Shown here: piece after piece, positions 48,543 to 58,571 of the stretch | How the letters are laid out: every line of letters starts with the position of its first letter | Position numbering within the stretch: the stretch's first letter is position 1 | Assembly (NCBI GenBank): GCA_965368975.1 | Contig: CBDUPA010000003.1 | Coordinates: 64,001 to 128,000, forward strand | DNA length: 64,000 nucleotides | Source of the DNA: an uncultured bacterium | GTDB lineage: Bacteria > Acidobacteriota > Thermoanaerobaculia > Multivoradales > JAHZIX01 | Direction of reading: 5' to 3' | Notes under the pieces: generated by a model | Databases searched by the model: none | The model's input: only the letters and a program-made list of their open reading frames with translations | Told to the model about the DNA's origin: nothing | Program-made: the position numbers and the translations under genes

Positions 48543-49571
48543 GTGCCGCTGTTCGGGTACGTCTGTCGGGGAGCGATGCTGCCCGGTGGCCGTCTGACTG
48601 CGGCTGAACTAGGTGCTGTCGAAGCTGGAATTCCCGCTTCGATCACCTCCCCGCTTTCCGTGTGCTACCTCGACCTCGAGTCCTCCTGTGATGACCTGCC
48701 ATGGACGTGGACGCAGCGCCTGCTCTTTGAGAGTCCTCACGTCGATCCCTATGACCAGCAGCCCGTGCTGCGTATCTTCGAGCTGCCGGACGGCTTCGGC
48801 TTGTGCTGCCACCGCATCGCCGATTTCCAGCTGAAGCCCGGAGGGCTACTGCGCTACCGTCTGCACCGACCGGAGTGGGGTTACCTGGCAGAGATCTGTC
48901 TGCTCGGCACGGTGATGGCGTTTGTGCTGGAAGCCGACGCGCATCTGGCGCTGCATGCGTCCGCTCTGGTTCCGCCTGGGCACGACACTGCCGTCGGGTT
49001 CTTGGCCGCCCAGGGCAGCGGCAAGAGCGTGCTGGCAGCGTCTTGGGCCTTGCGCGGTGCTCGCTTGCTCAGCGACGACATCGTGGCCGTGGAACTCGCC
49101 ACAGCGTCGGTGGGTGGTACGGTACGTCCGAGCTATCCTCGCCTGCGTCTGTGGCCCGAGGGAGCAAGAGGGTTGGGGCTGGAGGGAGCGCCTGACCAGG
49201 GGACTGGCGCTGGCTCGGCGCAGCTACTGCGCCCGGACAGCGAGAAGTTGCTGATCGACGCCGGGCCGCATGGTCTCGACATCTTCGACGCCAACCTGGC
49301 ACCGCTGCGCTGCCTCTATGTACCCCAACGCTTGGACGACTCCAGCGAGTCCATCCAGATCGAGCCCCTTGCCCCTCGGGAGGCGTTGTTCGAGTTGCTC
49401 CGCTGCAGCTTTCTGCCACCGGATCTGCTGGCCGCTGTCGGCTTCCAGGCCGCACGCTTGGATCTGCTGGCACGGCTGGTGCGCGACGTGCCGGTCAAGA
49501 GGCTGAGCTATCCCAGCGGCTACCAGCATCTTCCGCGCGTCCACGACACCGTGCTCAGCGACCTGTGTTAG
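48543..49571 (+). CDS. HPr-kinase-like protein (lasso-associated kinase family)
   Basis: LHASAL, P-loop [24 protein letters not shown]; start uncertain. Confidence 0.82.
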   Translation: MPLFGYVCRGAMLPGGRLTAAELGAVEAGIPASITSPLSVCYLDLESSCDDLPWTWTQRLLFESPHVDPYDQQPVLRIFELPDGFGLCCHRIADFQLKPGGLLRYRLHRPEWGYLAEICLLGTVMAFVLEADAHLALHASALVPPGHDTAVGFLAAQGSGKSVLAASWALRGARLLSDDIVAVELATASVGGTVRPSYPRLRLWPEGARGLGLEGAPDQGTGAGSAQLLRPDSEKLLIDAGPHGLDIFDANLAPLRCLYVPQRLDDSSESIQIEPLAPREALFELLRCSFLPPDLLAAVGFQAARLDLLARLVRDVPVKRLSYPSGYQHLPRVHDTVLSDLC

Positions 49572-49614
49572 CGTCCACCGCACATCCGTGAACGGCCACC
49601 GAGGAGTCCCCCCC

Positions 49615-49905
49615 ATGAGCCGACCGAAGAAGCTGAGCGATGCCGAGATCCAGCAGCGCCTGGGCGCCAGACCCGCCTGGAAACTAGACGGCGACAAGTT
49701 GTACCGAGAGTTCCAGTTCGACGACTTCGTCGCCGCCTTCGGCTTCATGGCGCGCGTGGCGCTGGTCGCAGAACGTAGGAACCATCACCCGGAGTGGTTC
49801 AACGTCTACAACCGGGTGCAGGTGCACCTGGCGACGCACGATGCCGGCGGCATCACCGAGCTGGACTTCCAACTGGCCGAAGACATGGATCGGCTGGCTG
49901 GCTAG
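49615..49905 (+). CDS. phhB: Pterin-4-alpha-carbinolamine dehydratase
   Basis: [29 protein letters not shown]. Confidence 0.95.
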   Translation: MSRPKKLSDAEIQQRLGARPAWKLDGDKLYREFQFDDFVAAFGFMARVALVAERRNHHPEWFNVYNRVQVHLATHDAGGITELDFQLAEDMDRLAG

Positions 49906-50864
49906 CCTGCCGCCTTGACGTAGGACTCCAGGTCCGCCTGGCTGACCAGCGGTTCGCCGGGGCTGACGTTGTACAGTTTGCCGTCGAACAGCCAGCGCTC
50001 GAGTTCCTCGACCTGACTGTAGAGGTGATCGAAGGAATCGACGACGAAGAGAAGCGGTTGGTAGGAGTCGATCTCGAAGTACTGGTTGATCACCCAGCCG
50101 AGATGGAAGTCGTAGCGCTGCACCTCGGGTGAGTCGACGGCATGCGCGATCTCGCCGTAGGAACTGAGCAGACCGCTGCCGTAGACCTTCAGTTCGTCTT
50201 TCTTGCCGCCACTCCTCATCAAGCCGAACTCGACGGTGAACCAGAAGAAGCGCGCCAGCGCTTTGATGGCGCTATCCAGGCGTCGCAGTGAGTCGTCGTC
50301 CTTGGTCAGGATCTCGGCCGTCCGCAGCGCGGTCTGATGGGCGACTTCACCGAAGCGCACGAGGACTTCCGCGAAGTCCTTGTCGGTATGCATCGGCACG
50401 TGACCAGCGACATCATGGAAGAGGTCCGGTTCCTGCAAGTAGTCGAGCGAATCGAGGTTGCGCACCGTGATGGTGGTCGGGAATTCGCGCCGGCGCAGGC
50501 AGTCGAAGAACAGGTACGACGGGATGTAGCCGCTGACCGCTTTGGCCTTGAAGCCCGTGAGCGGTGCCAAGAATTGGTTCACGTCCTCCAATCGTGGCAC
50601 GGCCTCTGGATCCATGGCCAAGCAGTCGATCCCTTCGATGAACTTGTCGTGCGCGTACTGACGCCAGCGCGGCAGCATGCGCGAGTAGAGGCGCCGCCAG
50701 GCTTCGTGGTTGTGCTCGCTGTAGAGCTCGTAGGGCTGACGGATGAACAGGTCGCCGCGGTCGCGCGCGCCTTCGATGAAGGGTGCCCGGTTGGTCGTCA
50801 AATCGTTGCCCGGAGTCGCCGTTGCGGAGGCTGTCTCGGCTGCGATGGTAGTTGTGGTGCTCAT
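49902..50864 (-). CDS. phhA: Phenylalanine 4-monooxygenase (aromatic amino acid hydroxylase)
   Basis: [39 protein letters not shown]. Confidence 0.92.
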   Translation of the reverse strand: MSTTTTIAAETASATATPGNDLTTNRAPFIEGARDRGDLFIRQPYELYSEHNHEAWRRLYSRMLPRWRQYAHDKFIEGIDCLAMDPEAVPRLEDVNQFLAPLTGFKAKAVSGYIPSYLFFDCLRRREFPTTITVRNLDSLDYLQEPDLFHDVAGHVPMHTDKDFAEVLVRFGEVAHQTALRTAEILTKDDDSLRRLDSAIKALARFFWFTVEFGLMRSGGKKDELKVYGSGLLSSYGEIAHAVDSPEVQRYDFHLGWVINQYFEIDSYQPLLFVVDSFDHLYSQVEELERWLFDGKLYNVSPGEPLVSQADLESYVKAAG

Positions 50865-50979
50865 GGCTCGATCTCCCTGGTGCAATGCAAGTCGACGCGA
50901 GAGTAGCGTCGCAGATCATCGTCGGAGCAGGCTCTGCAGCCCTTCCGGCTTTGACTTTATCGGCATCGGACTGCCGGGT

Positions 50980-51837
50980 CTACCAGGCCTGTCGCCGCTC
51001 CTGGAGTACGTCAGGGTTGAACAAGGCGAAGCGGTGGCGCACACCGATGTGCGTCTCGTAGCCATCGGCGTCGGCGCCGGAGCCGATGCCGACGGCACCG
51101 TACAAGGCCCAAGCATCGCGGATCTCGCGCGCCAGCAGCAGCCGGAAGTAGCTCGGGTCATCGCCGTCTTTCGGTCCATGCTGCAGCAGCCACTCCAGGC
51201 CGAGTAGCGCGGAGTCCGAGAAGCGGTACTCCCAGGCCAAGCGGAGCTGGTAGACGTCGTTCTGCACCGAATTGGCGTTGGGGTTGCCAAGGACAGCGAA
51301 GCCGGCGTTGGCGTGCAGAAAGTGCCTCGGGGCGAGCTGCTTGCTGAGTAGGAAGTGGCCGAAGACGTCGGTCTCGTCGGTCGAAGCCCCGAGCGCGTCG
51401 TCGCCGTTGGGTAGCTTGACCGCCACCAGGAGCGACAGCGATGGCAGATGCTCGCGCTCGTGCAGCAGCCAGATCTTGGTGCCGATCGTCCAGTCGGCAT
51501 TGTCGGTCTCGTCGTTGGGCCCCGGGAAGTCGATTCGGCGTGCCAGGGCCCCGCTGACTTGGAATTCCGCAAAACGCCCGAGTCCGAAACTGAGACGGGT
51601 CTCGCCGAGGTCCCATTGGCTCTTCCTCAACGGTAGCGCCCAATCGCGCGCCTGGTCGCGGTAGCCGACACCGAAGTCGATACTCATCATCCCGGGTTCG
51701 AGCGTTTCGGCCTCCTCTGTGACGAACGGCAACTCGGCACGCACGGGAGGCGCGAGGACCAGGGCCGGCAGCAGAGCAGCAGGCAGGAAGACCAGGGTGA
51801 TGAACAGGGAAGAAAAGCACGAGCGGGGGGGCGTCAT
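50980..51837 (-). CDS. Outer-membrane beta-barrel/transporter-like hypothetical protein
   Basis: Signal peptide; PFVTEEAETL N-motif; amphipathic strands, VKLPNG, LHANAGF. Confidence 0.65.
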   Translation of the reverse strand: MTPPRSCFSSLFITLVFLPAALLPALVLAPPVRAELPFVTEEAETLEPGMMSIDFGVGYRDQARDWALPLRKSQWDLGETRLSFGLGRFAEFQVSGALARRIDFPGPNDETDNADWTIGTKIWLLHEREHLPSLSLLVAVKLPNGDDALGASTDETDVFGHFLLSKQLAPRHFLHANAGFAVLGNPNANSVQNDVYQLRLAWEYRFSDSALLGLEWLLQHGPKDGDDPSYFRLLLAREIRDAWALYGAVGIGSGADADGYETHIGVRHRFALFNPDVLQERRQAW

Positions 51838-52065
51838 GGGGCGAGATCCTCTACGGCGGCGGGTTTCGACTGAGCTTACGTTACAGACTGTCCCACGGAT
51901 GTACCGTGGCTGCTCGGATTCTGCGGATCCTATCGAAAAAGCCAGTAGAGTAGTCCACATCTCGGCTGTGCCAGTCCGGTTGCGATTGTCCGCGGGCGTG
52001 CAGTCCGGTGGCGGAAACTCTGTGAAGACCTCGCCGTACCAGCTTCTCGGAGGGATGAAGACATC

Positions 52066-54333
52066 ATGAAAACGACAACTCGCCGTGCCTTCGAGCATGG
52101 CCGACACCTTGGACTGCCCGCGATGGTCGCGAGCCTGGTTCTGGTGTGTCTCACAGCCATGAGTGCGCCTTTGGCAGCCGCTGAGGCGGCACACCAGATT
52201 CGCCGCGCCACGGGGCCGATCACCATCGATGGCCGTCTGGATGAAGCTGTCTGGCATGATGCCTTGATGGTCGAGATCGACGTCGAGACCTTCCCTGCGC
52301 ACAATGTGCCCGCGCCGGTTCGCACCGAGTTGCGCATGACCTTCGACCACGTGAATCTCTACCTCGGCTATCACGCCTTCGATCCCGAGCCAGAGAAGAT
52401 CCGCGCCCGCGTCACCGACCGGGACGATGCGTACCAGGACGACTACGTCGCGATCAGCATCGATACCTTCAACGATGGCCGGCGGGCGTACGAGTTCGTG
52501 GTCAATCCGATCGGTGTCCAGATGGACATGTTCTACGATGATGTCGAGGACAACGAGGACGACGCCTGGGACGCTATCTGGAAGAGCGCGGGACGCCTGG
52601 TCGCGGACGGCTATGTCGTCGAGATGGCGATTCCGTTCGCGGCGCTCAGCTTTCCGCGGGGCGCAGGGGTCCAGACCTGGGGCTTCGACGGCTATCGCAA
52701 CTGGCCCCGCGGGCAACGCTACCGCTTCCGCACCCAGCCGCAGGACCGCAACATCAACTGTTATGTATGCCAGTTCTCCAAGGTCACCGGTATCGAGGAC
52801 GTGCGCCGCGGCCGCGATCTCGAGATTGTGCCGACCTTGACGGGCCGGCGTACCGATGCCCGCTCGGAGCTGAGTGACGCGCGGCTCGAGGCCGGCGACG
52901 AGGATACCGACCTGGGATTGACGGCGTCCTGGGGCATCACGCCCAACTGGACGCTCAACGCCACGATCAACCCCGACTTCTCGCAGGTCGAGGCCGATGC
53001 CGCGCAACTCGACGTCAACAACCAGTTCGCCCTCTTTTTTCCGGAGAAGCGACCGTTCTTCCTCGAAGATGCCGATGTGCTCGAAACCAACATCAACGCC
53101 GTCAATACGCGCCAGATCGCGGATCCGGACTGGGGGCTGCGCCTGACCGGCAAGCAGGGGGTTCACGCTTTCGGCGGTTTCGTCGCTCGCGACACGGTCA
53201 CCAATCTGATCTTTCCCGGCAACCAGGGCTCGCGCCAGACGTCGCTGGCGCAGGACAACGATGCCGCCGTCTTGCGCTACCGCCGCGACCTCGGCGCCGG
53301 CAGCAATCTCGGCGGCCTGGTGACACTGCGCGAGGGGGGGGACGGTTACTCCAATCGCGTTGCCGGCATTGATGGCTTGGTGACGTTGAGCGAAGCGGAC
53401 ATCCTGCGCTTCCAGCTGCTGTCGTCGCGCACCACGTATTCCAATGCCCTTGCCACGGCCTTTGGTCAGCCCACCGAGACGCTCGACGATCTGGCCTGGC
53501 GCCTCGCCTACCAGCACAAGACGCGCAATCTGAACGTCTACTCCCGTGCCGAAAGCCTGGGCGATGACTTCCGAGCGGATCTCGGCTTCTTGCCCCGGGT
53601 CGGCTACCGCTTCTACTTGCTGGGCACGGTCTACTCGTTCTGGGGCGAGCCGGACGATTGGTGGACACAGATCAACGTGGGTAGTGACTATGACTACTCC
53701 GAAGACCAGGACGGACAGCGCTTGGAGTGGGAGCGCGAGGCATGGGTCTGGATGTCTGGGCCGCGCGAGAGCGAGGCGATGGCTTTCTTCGGCCGTCGCA
53801 CGCGCATCTTCGGGGGACGCACATTCAAGGAGTCTTATCGTCTCTTCAACTTCAGCATGCGGCCCGGGGCCGACTTCGCCTTTGAGCTCGAGCTCTTCGA
53901 CGGAGATACCATCGACTTCGCCAATGTGCAGCCGGGCGAGCAGCTAGAGTTGGAGCTGGAATTGTCCGTGAATCTCGGCCGCCGCCTGCGCCTGGATGTT
54001 GAGCACACGATCCAGACCTTGGATGTCGAAGGAGGCGAGTTGTTTAGCGCCGACCTCACCGAGATGCGACTGGTGTACCACTTCAGTGCCAAGAGCTTCC
54101 TGCGCCTGATCACGCAGTACCTGGACCTGAGCCGCGATCCTGCACTGTACCGCGGGCCCGTCGAGGCGAGCAGCGAAGATCTGTTCAACCAGGTGCTGTT
54201 CAGCTACAAGCTCAACCCGCGTACGGTGCTCTTCGTCGGGTATTCCGACACCTACCTTGGCAATGAATCGATCGACCTGACGCAGAAGGACCGAACAGTC
54301 TTCGTCAAGCTCGGGTACGCCTGGGTTCTGTAG
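52066..54333 (+). CDS. CBM9-like + DUF5916 outer-membrane protein
   Basis: ITIDGRLDEAVW, EMAIPF, NPDFSQVEAD, FPEKRPFFLE, C-terminal FVKLGYAW. Confidence 0.9.
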   Translation: MKTTTRRAFEHGRHLGLPAMVASLVLVCLTAMSAPLAAAEAAHQIRRATGPITIDGRLDEAVWHDALMVEIDVETFPAHNVPAPVRTELRMTFDHVNLYLGYHAFDPEPEKIRARVTDRDDAYQDDYVAISIDTFNDGRRAYEFVVNPIGVQMDMFYDDVEDNEDDAWDAIWKSAGRLVADGYVVEMAIPFAALSFPRGAGVQTWGFDGYRNWPRGQRYRFRTQPQDRNINCYVCQFSKVTGIEDVRRGRDLEIVPTLTGRRTDARSELSDARLEAGDEDTDLGLTASWGITPNWTLNATINPDFSQVEADAAQLDVNNQFALFFPEKRPFFLEDADVLETNINAVNTRQIADPDWGLRLTGKQGVHAFGGFVARDTVTNLIFPGNQGSRQTSLAQDNDAAVLRYRRDLGAGSNLGGLVTLREGGDGYSNRVAGIDGLVTLSEADILRFQLLSSRTTYSNALATAFGQPTETLDDLAWRLAYQHKTRNLNVYSRAESLGDDFRADLGFLPRVGYRFYLLGTVYSFWGEPDDWWTQINVGSDYDYSEDQDGQRLEWEREAWVWMSGPRESEAMAFFGRRTRIFGGRTFKESYRLFNFSMRPGADFAFELELFDGDTIDFANVQPGEQLELELELSVNLGRRLRLDVEHTIQTLDVEGGELFSADLTEMRLVYHFSAKSFLRLITQYLDLSRDPALYRGPVEASSEDLFNQVLFSYKLNPRTVLFVGYSDTYLGNESIDLTQKDRTVFVKLGYAWVL

Positions 54334-54417
54334 CAATCTTGCCTCTCGGGGCGGATCCGTGGCCGATTTTGGGGTACGCTTGGAATCCGCTCGTGAATCG
54401 GAGGAGGCCTCGGACCT

Positions 54418-56652
54418 TTGGCCAAGAAATCGGCATTTTGGGCGCGCCTCCAGCGCGACTACGTGCGCGCAGGAGATGCCTACTATGAGCAGGGAAAGCT
54501 GTCCCAGGCGGCGGAAATGTACCGCCGCGGCGGCAGCCTGCGTCAAGCTGCCGAGGTGTATACGCGGCTGGGGGATCTCGACGCGGCCGTCGAGGCCTAT
54601 AGCGAGGCGGGTGAAGACCGCAAAGCAGGGCAGCTGCTAGCGTCTCACGGAAAGCTCCAGGAAGCGGTGAGCTATCTGGAGGAAGGCGGTGCCTTTTGGG
54701 AAGCCGCGGAAGTCGCGGTCAAGCTCAAGCAGTTCAGCCGTGCCGGCCGCTTGTTCGAGCGCGTCGACTCGTGGGAGAAGGCCGTCCGCTGCTACGAGCA
54801 AGCCGGCGACTTCGAAGACGCGCTGCGCGTGATCAGTGCTGAGGTGGACCGCCTGGAGGCCGAATCCGGCGAAGGTATCCAGGGCGCGGGCTCGATCGAA
54901 GCCACACGCGTGGCGACCACGTGGAAGGCCGAACTCTTGGTGCGAGTCGGCCGGGCTCGCGATGCCGGGAAGCTGCACTTGCAGCACGATCGCCCCGAGG
55001 CTGCCGGTCCTCTGTTCGAGCAGGCTGGCCAGTATGAACGTGCCGTGCGGGCTTACCTGGACGCCAACCTGGCCCGCAAGGCACTACCGTTGCTGTCCAA
55101 GGCGATCGGGCTCGATCCCAAGACGCAGGCGCAGGTCTACTTTGCCTGCGGTGAGTACGACAAGGCGGCCGAGAACTTCCGTGACGCCGCCGCCGAGCAC
55201 GGGCTCGACCCGCACGAGGAAGCGGCGCTGAAGGCCGAGGCGGCGAACGCGTTCGAGCAGGCCAAGCAGCTGGATCAGGCGGCGTCGCTGTGGCGCGAGC
55301 TAGAGAATTGGGATCGTGCCGCCGACTTGTACTTCCGTATCGAGCGCTGGCGTGAAGCCGGTGCTTGCTATGAAAAGGGCCGCAAGTGGAAGCAGGCCGC
55401 CGAGAGCTATGCGGCTGCCGGCGAAGCCAAGAAGGCGGCGCTGTGCTACGAACGCTCCAAGGATACGCTGCGCGCGGCGGAGCAGTGGTACCAGGCGGGT
55501 GACGTCAACCGTGCCGCCGATGCGCTCCAGGGGCTGGAGGTCGACGATCCAGAGTTCAACCAGGGGTCCTTGCTGCTTGCCGAGTTGCTCATTGAGTTGG
55601 GCAACTACCACGGTGCCGAGCATCGCCTGGAGATGATCGACGATCACGAAGATCATTTCACCGGCACGATGCGTGTCGACCGTCTTTACTGGCAGGCGCG
55701 AGCGCTCGAAGGGCGTGGTGAACGCGAGAAGGCTCTCAGCAATTACCAGCGCGTTAGCTCGATGAAGCGCACGCACCGTGATGTCGTCGAGCGGTTGCAG
55801 ACCTTGCAGCAACGCCAGCGTCCCGAGTCTCGCCGCTACCGCAAGGGTGACGTGCTGAAGAGCCGATACCGCGTGCTGGACGAACTCGGGCACGGTGGCA
55901 TGAGCCGCGTCTACCGTGTGTTCGACATGGAATTGGACGAGGAGGTGGCGATCAAGGTGCTGCGCGCCAATGACGAGGATGGCGTTGCTGAAGATCGTCT
56001 ACGCGCCGAAGTTCGCATCACCCGCCGCATCACGCACCCGAACGTCGTGCGCGTGTTCGACGTGTCACGCTTCGAAGACGGCCTGCTGATCTCGATGGAA
56101 TTGGTCCGTGGCCAGACACTGGAGAAGGTCATCCGCGGCCCCGAACGGTTGCCGCTGCCCAAGGTCAAGGACTACCTGCGCCAGATCCTGCTGGGTCTCA
56201 CGGCGGCCCACGACCTGAAGGTGGTCCACCGGGATCTCAAGCCCGGCAATGTGATGCTGGAGGGAGACGTGATCAAGCTGCTCGACTTCGGCATCGCACG
56301 CGCCGAGGAAACCGACGTGCGCCTGACCCAGGCCGGCCAGCTCCTGGGCTCGCCGCACTACATGTCGCCGGAACAGCTGCGCGGTAAGGAACTCGACGCG
56401 CGCTCCGACCTCTATGCGCTCGGCGTCCTCACCTTCACCATGCTCACCGGCTCCGAGCCCTTCCATGGTGACAAGCCCGCCGTCATTGCCGTCAAGCACC
56501 TGGATGAATCCCCTCCCGACCTGCGCAAGCTACGTCCCGAACTGATGATGTGGCCCGGCTTCGTCGCCCAGCTGCTGCACAAGGATCGCGATCATCGCTA
56601 CGGCAGTGCTGCTGAAGTGCTGCAAGACCTCGCGGATCTACCAGTGGAGTGA
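54418..56652 (+). CDS. TPR/SNAP-like repeat protein with a C-terminal Ser/Thr protein kinase
   Basis: Many AAxxYExAG repeats; LGHGGMS, VAIK, HRDLKPGN, DFG, YMSPE; TTG start after GGAGG. Confidence 0.9.
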   Translation: MAKKSAFWARLQRDYVRAGDAYYEQGKLSQAAEMYRRGGSLRQAAEVYTRLGDLDAAVEAYSEAGEDRKAGQLLASHGKLQEAVSYLEEGGAFWEAAEVAVKLKQFSRAGRLFERVDSWEKAVRCYEQAGDFEDALRVISAEVDRLEAESGEGIQGAGSIEATRVATTWKAELLVRVGRARDAGKLHLQHDRPEAAGPLFEQAGQYERAVRAYLDANLARKALPLLSKAIGLDPKTQAQVYFACGEYDKAAENFRDAAAEHGLDPHEEAALKAEAANAFEQAKQLDQAASLWRELENWDRAADLYFRIERWREAGACYEKGRKWKQAAESYAAAGEAKKAALCYERSKDTLRAAEQWYQAGDVNRAADALQGLEVDDPEFNQGSLLLAELLIELGNYHGAEHRLEMIDDHEDHFTGTMRVDRLYWQARALEGRGEREKALSNYQRVSSMKRTHRDVVERLQTLQQRQRPESRRYRKGDVLKSRYRVLDELGHGGMSRVYRVFDMELDEEVAIKVLRANDEDGVAEDRLRAEVRITRRITHPNVVRVFDVSRFEDGLLISMELVRGQTLEKVIRGPERLPLPKVKDYLRQILLGLTAAHDLKVVHRDLKPGNVMLEGDVIKLLDFGIARAEETDVRLTQAGQLLGSPHYMSPEQLRGKELDARSDLYALGVLTFTMLTGSEPFHGDKPAVIAVKHLDESPPDLRKLRPELMMWPGFVAQLLHKDRDHRYGSAAEVLQDLADLPVE

Positions 56653-56669
56653 TCCAGCTAGAGGCAGGG

Positions 56670-58571
56670 TTAGGGCAGTGGCCCCGGCAGCTGGAAGGCT
56701 TCTGGATCAACTGCGATGACCCGCCAGTCGACTTCGTTCGCGGTCGACGTACGTCGTTCGGCGAGCGTCACGGTCAGTTGCAGGGCGCCGCTGTTGGCTC
56801 GACGGACATTTGCTGGCAGTTCGTAGACGGCCGGCAGGCTGGCGGAAGCTGGCACGTCGATCGTCAGGTGCAGAATCGGCAAGTCGCCACGCTGCAACAC
56901 TGCGTGTAACTGCGCTGGGTGCTCGACGGCGCGGCTGGGATCGACAGAACTCAGCTCGATCTTGCCCAGCTTCAGGTGGAGTTGCAAGCCGAGGGCCTCG
57001 ATGCTGGGAGCACCCAGAGCGCGCACACGAGCGAGTTCGAAGCGCGTCAGCTGACCATAGAGGAAGGGGTCGGGTTCGTCGTCCTGCGCCAGCGCGTGGC
57101 GCTGCGTCTCGACGGCGCGGCCGTGCTCTCCGAGACGGTGGTAGAGGGTAGCCAAGGTATCCAGGTAATGGGTCAGCGGCTCGTCCGCGACCACTGCTTC
57201 CATGGCATCGCGCGCGGCTTCCAGAGACTCGCGGGGTGCTCCTGGATAGATGCCGATGATCCAGGCTTCCTCGTTGGTCAGCTCGCTGCCGGTCACCTCA
57301 CCGAGGATCGGCGCCTGGCGCCAGAGCGTCCAGGCAGGGGTGATCAGGAAGAGGAGCGCCAGCAGAACGCCCAGTGGTCGCCAGAGACCCGCGGGTCGGC
57401 GAGCTAGCTGATCGAGGGGGACACCGCGGCTGAACAGTGCGGCGAGGGCGACCCCGGTGGCGGCACCGCCAGCGTGACCGAGGTGGTCGATGTTGGGCAC
57501 GATGAGTGCCGGCGCCAGCACCAGCAAGGCGAGGATGATCCAGAAGGCGCGGCTGGGTGCCGGCATCGGGAGGTCGGCACGGAAGCGCTGGCGCAGCAGT
57601 GCATAGGCGGCGAAAGTGCCGGCCAAGCCGGTCGAGGCGCCGAGCGAGACGGCGGCATCGGGGCGCAGAGGTAGCGCCGAGGCGATGGCGCCGCCGAGAC
57701 AGGAGAGCAGCAGCAGGCACAGGTACCGCCAGCGTCCCAGCAGCGGTTCGACGAAACGGCCGATGACGATCAGACCGACGGTGTTGAGTGCGAAGTGGCC
57801 GAAGCCGCCGTGCAGGAGACTGCTGGTGACCAGGCGGTAGACCTCGCCTTCCTGCCACACCAGCGCGGGCACGTTGGCGCCCATCAACACCAGCAGCGTG
57901 ATGCTGTTGAAGCCATCGAAGCCACCGGCCGCGTACAGCTGTAGACCGAACAGAAGGGTCAGCAGAACGGCGAAGCCCCAGCTCAAGGGTGCGCGGCCAT
58001 GGTGCAGTAGCTGGTCGATGGTGGCGCGGCGGTCGAGGCTGGCCAGCCTGCCGACCGTTCGTGCGCCGATGCCGAAGGGCTCGACGGCTGTAGGCGTTGC
58101 GACCTGCTGACGGATGATGCCGACGATCTGCTCGGCAGCTCCCGGGTCTTGGAAGTCGTCGCGCCGGAAGCGTTCCGGGAAGTAGCCGCGTATCCCCAGC
58201 ACGAGCTCGCTGGCGTTGGTGTAGGCGACTCCGAGTCGGTCGTAGTCGACGAAAGCTTGCCGCTCATGCCCACGAAGAGGCAAGCTGAGGCCGCGGTCAC
58301 CCAAAAGGATCGCGGGGTGAGCCGGCGAGCGGCTGGCCTGGAAGGCGAGATAGCCGAAGAAGGCGCCCAAGCCGAGCGAGATCAGCCAGATGCGCAGGGC
58401 TCCAGGGCCCACCAGGACGTCCAGGCTGTTGACCGCGAAGAGCAGGGCGACGACGAACGCGATATACAGACCTTGACCAATGCCAAGGCGTAGCGCGCGG
58501 CGTCGAGCCCGTGTCCCGGGAGGTCGCAGCGGGAAGTGGAGGCTCAACGCAGGCGGCGGTAGGTCAACCAT
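56670..58571 (-). CDS. Rhomboid family intramembrane serine protease with extra N- and C-terminal domains
   Basis: YRLVTSSLLHGGFGHFALN, GASTG (Ser), HLGHAGG (His); TPR-like LDTLATLYHRLG. Confidence 0.88.
   Translation of the reverse strand: MVDLPPPALSLHFPLRPPGTRARRRALRLGIGQGLYIAFVVALLFAVNSLDVLVGPGALRIWLISLGLGAFFGYLAFQASRSPAHPAILLGDRGLSLPLRGHERQAFVDYDRLGVAYTNASELVLGIRGYFPERFRRDDFQDPGAAEQIVGIIRQQVATPTAVEPFGIGARTVGRLASLDRRATIDQLLHHGRAPLSWGFAVLLTLLFGLQLYAAGGFDGFNSITLLVLMGANVPALVWQEGEVYRLVTSSLLHGGFGHFALNTVGLIVIGRFVEPLLGRWRYLCLLLLSCLGGAIASALPLRPDAAVSLGASTGLAGTFAAYALLRQRFRADLPMPAPSRAFWIILALLVLAPALIVPNIDHLGHAGGAATGVALAALFSRGVPLDQLARRPAGLWRPLGVLLALLFLITPAWTLWRQAPILGEVTGSELTNEEAWIIGIYPGAPRESLEAARDAMEAVVADEPLTHYLDTLATLYHRLGEHGRAVETQRHALAQDDEPDPFLYGQLTRFELARVRALGAPSIEALGLQLHLKLGKIELSSVDPSRAVEHPAQLHAVLQRGDLPILHLTIDVPASASLPAVYELPANVRRANSGALQLTVTLAERRTSTANEVDWRVIAVDPEAFQLPGPLP

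Noticed and set aside
49615-50864. phhA/phhB as tailoring enzymes for the Phe-containing lasso core
   Set aside because: PhhA acts on free amino acids and the pair is ordinary Phe catabolism; adjacency is probably incidental.
51838-53517. 845-aa minus-strand ORF 50980..53517 as one protein
   Set aside because: Its upstream part is the antisense shadow of the DUF5916 gene; only 50980-51837 looks like a real gene.
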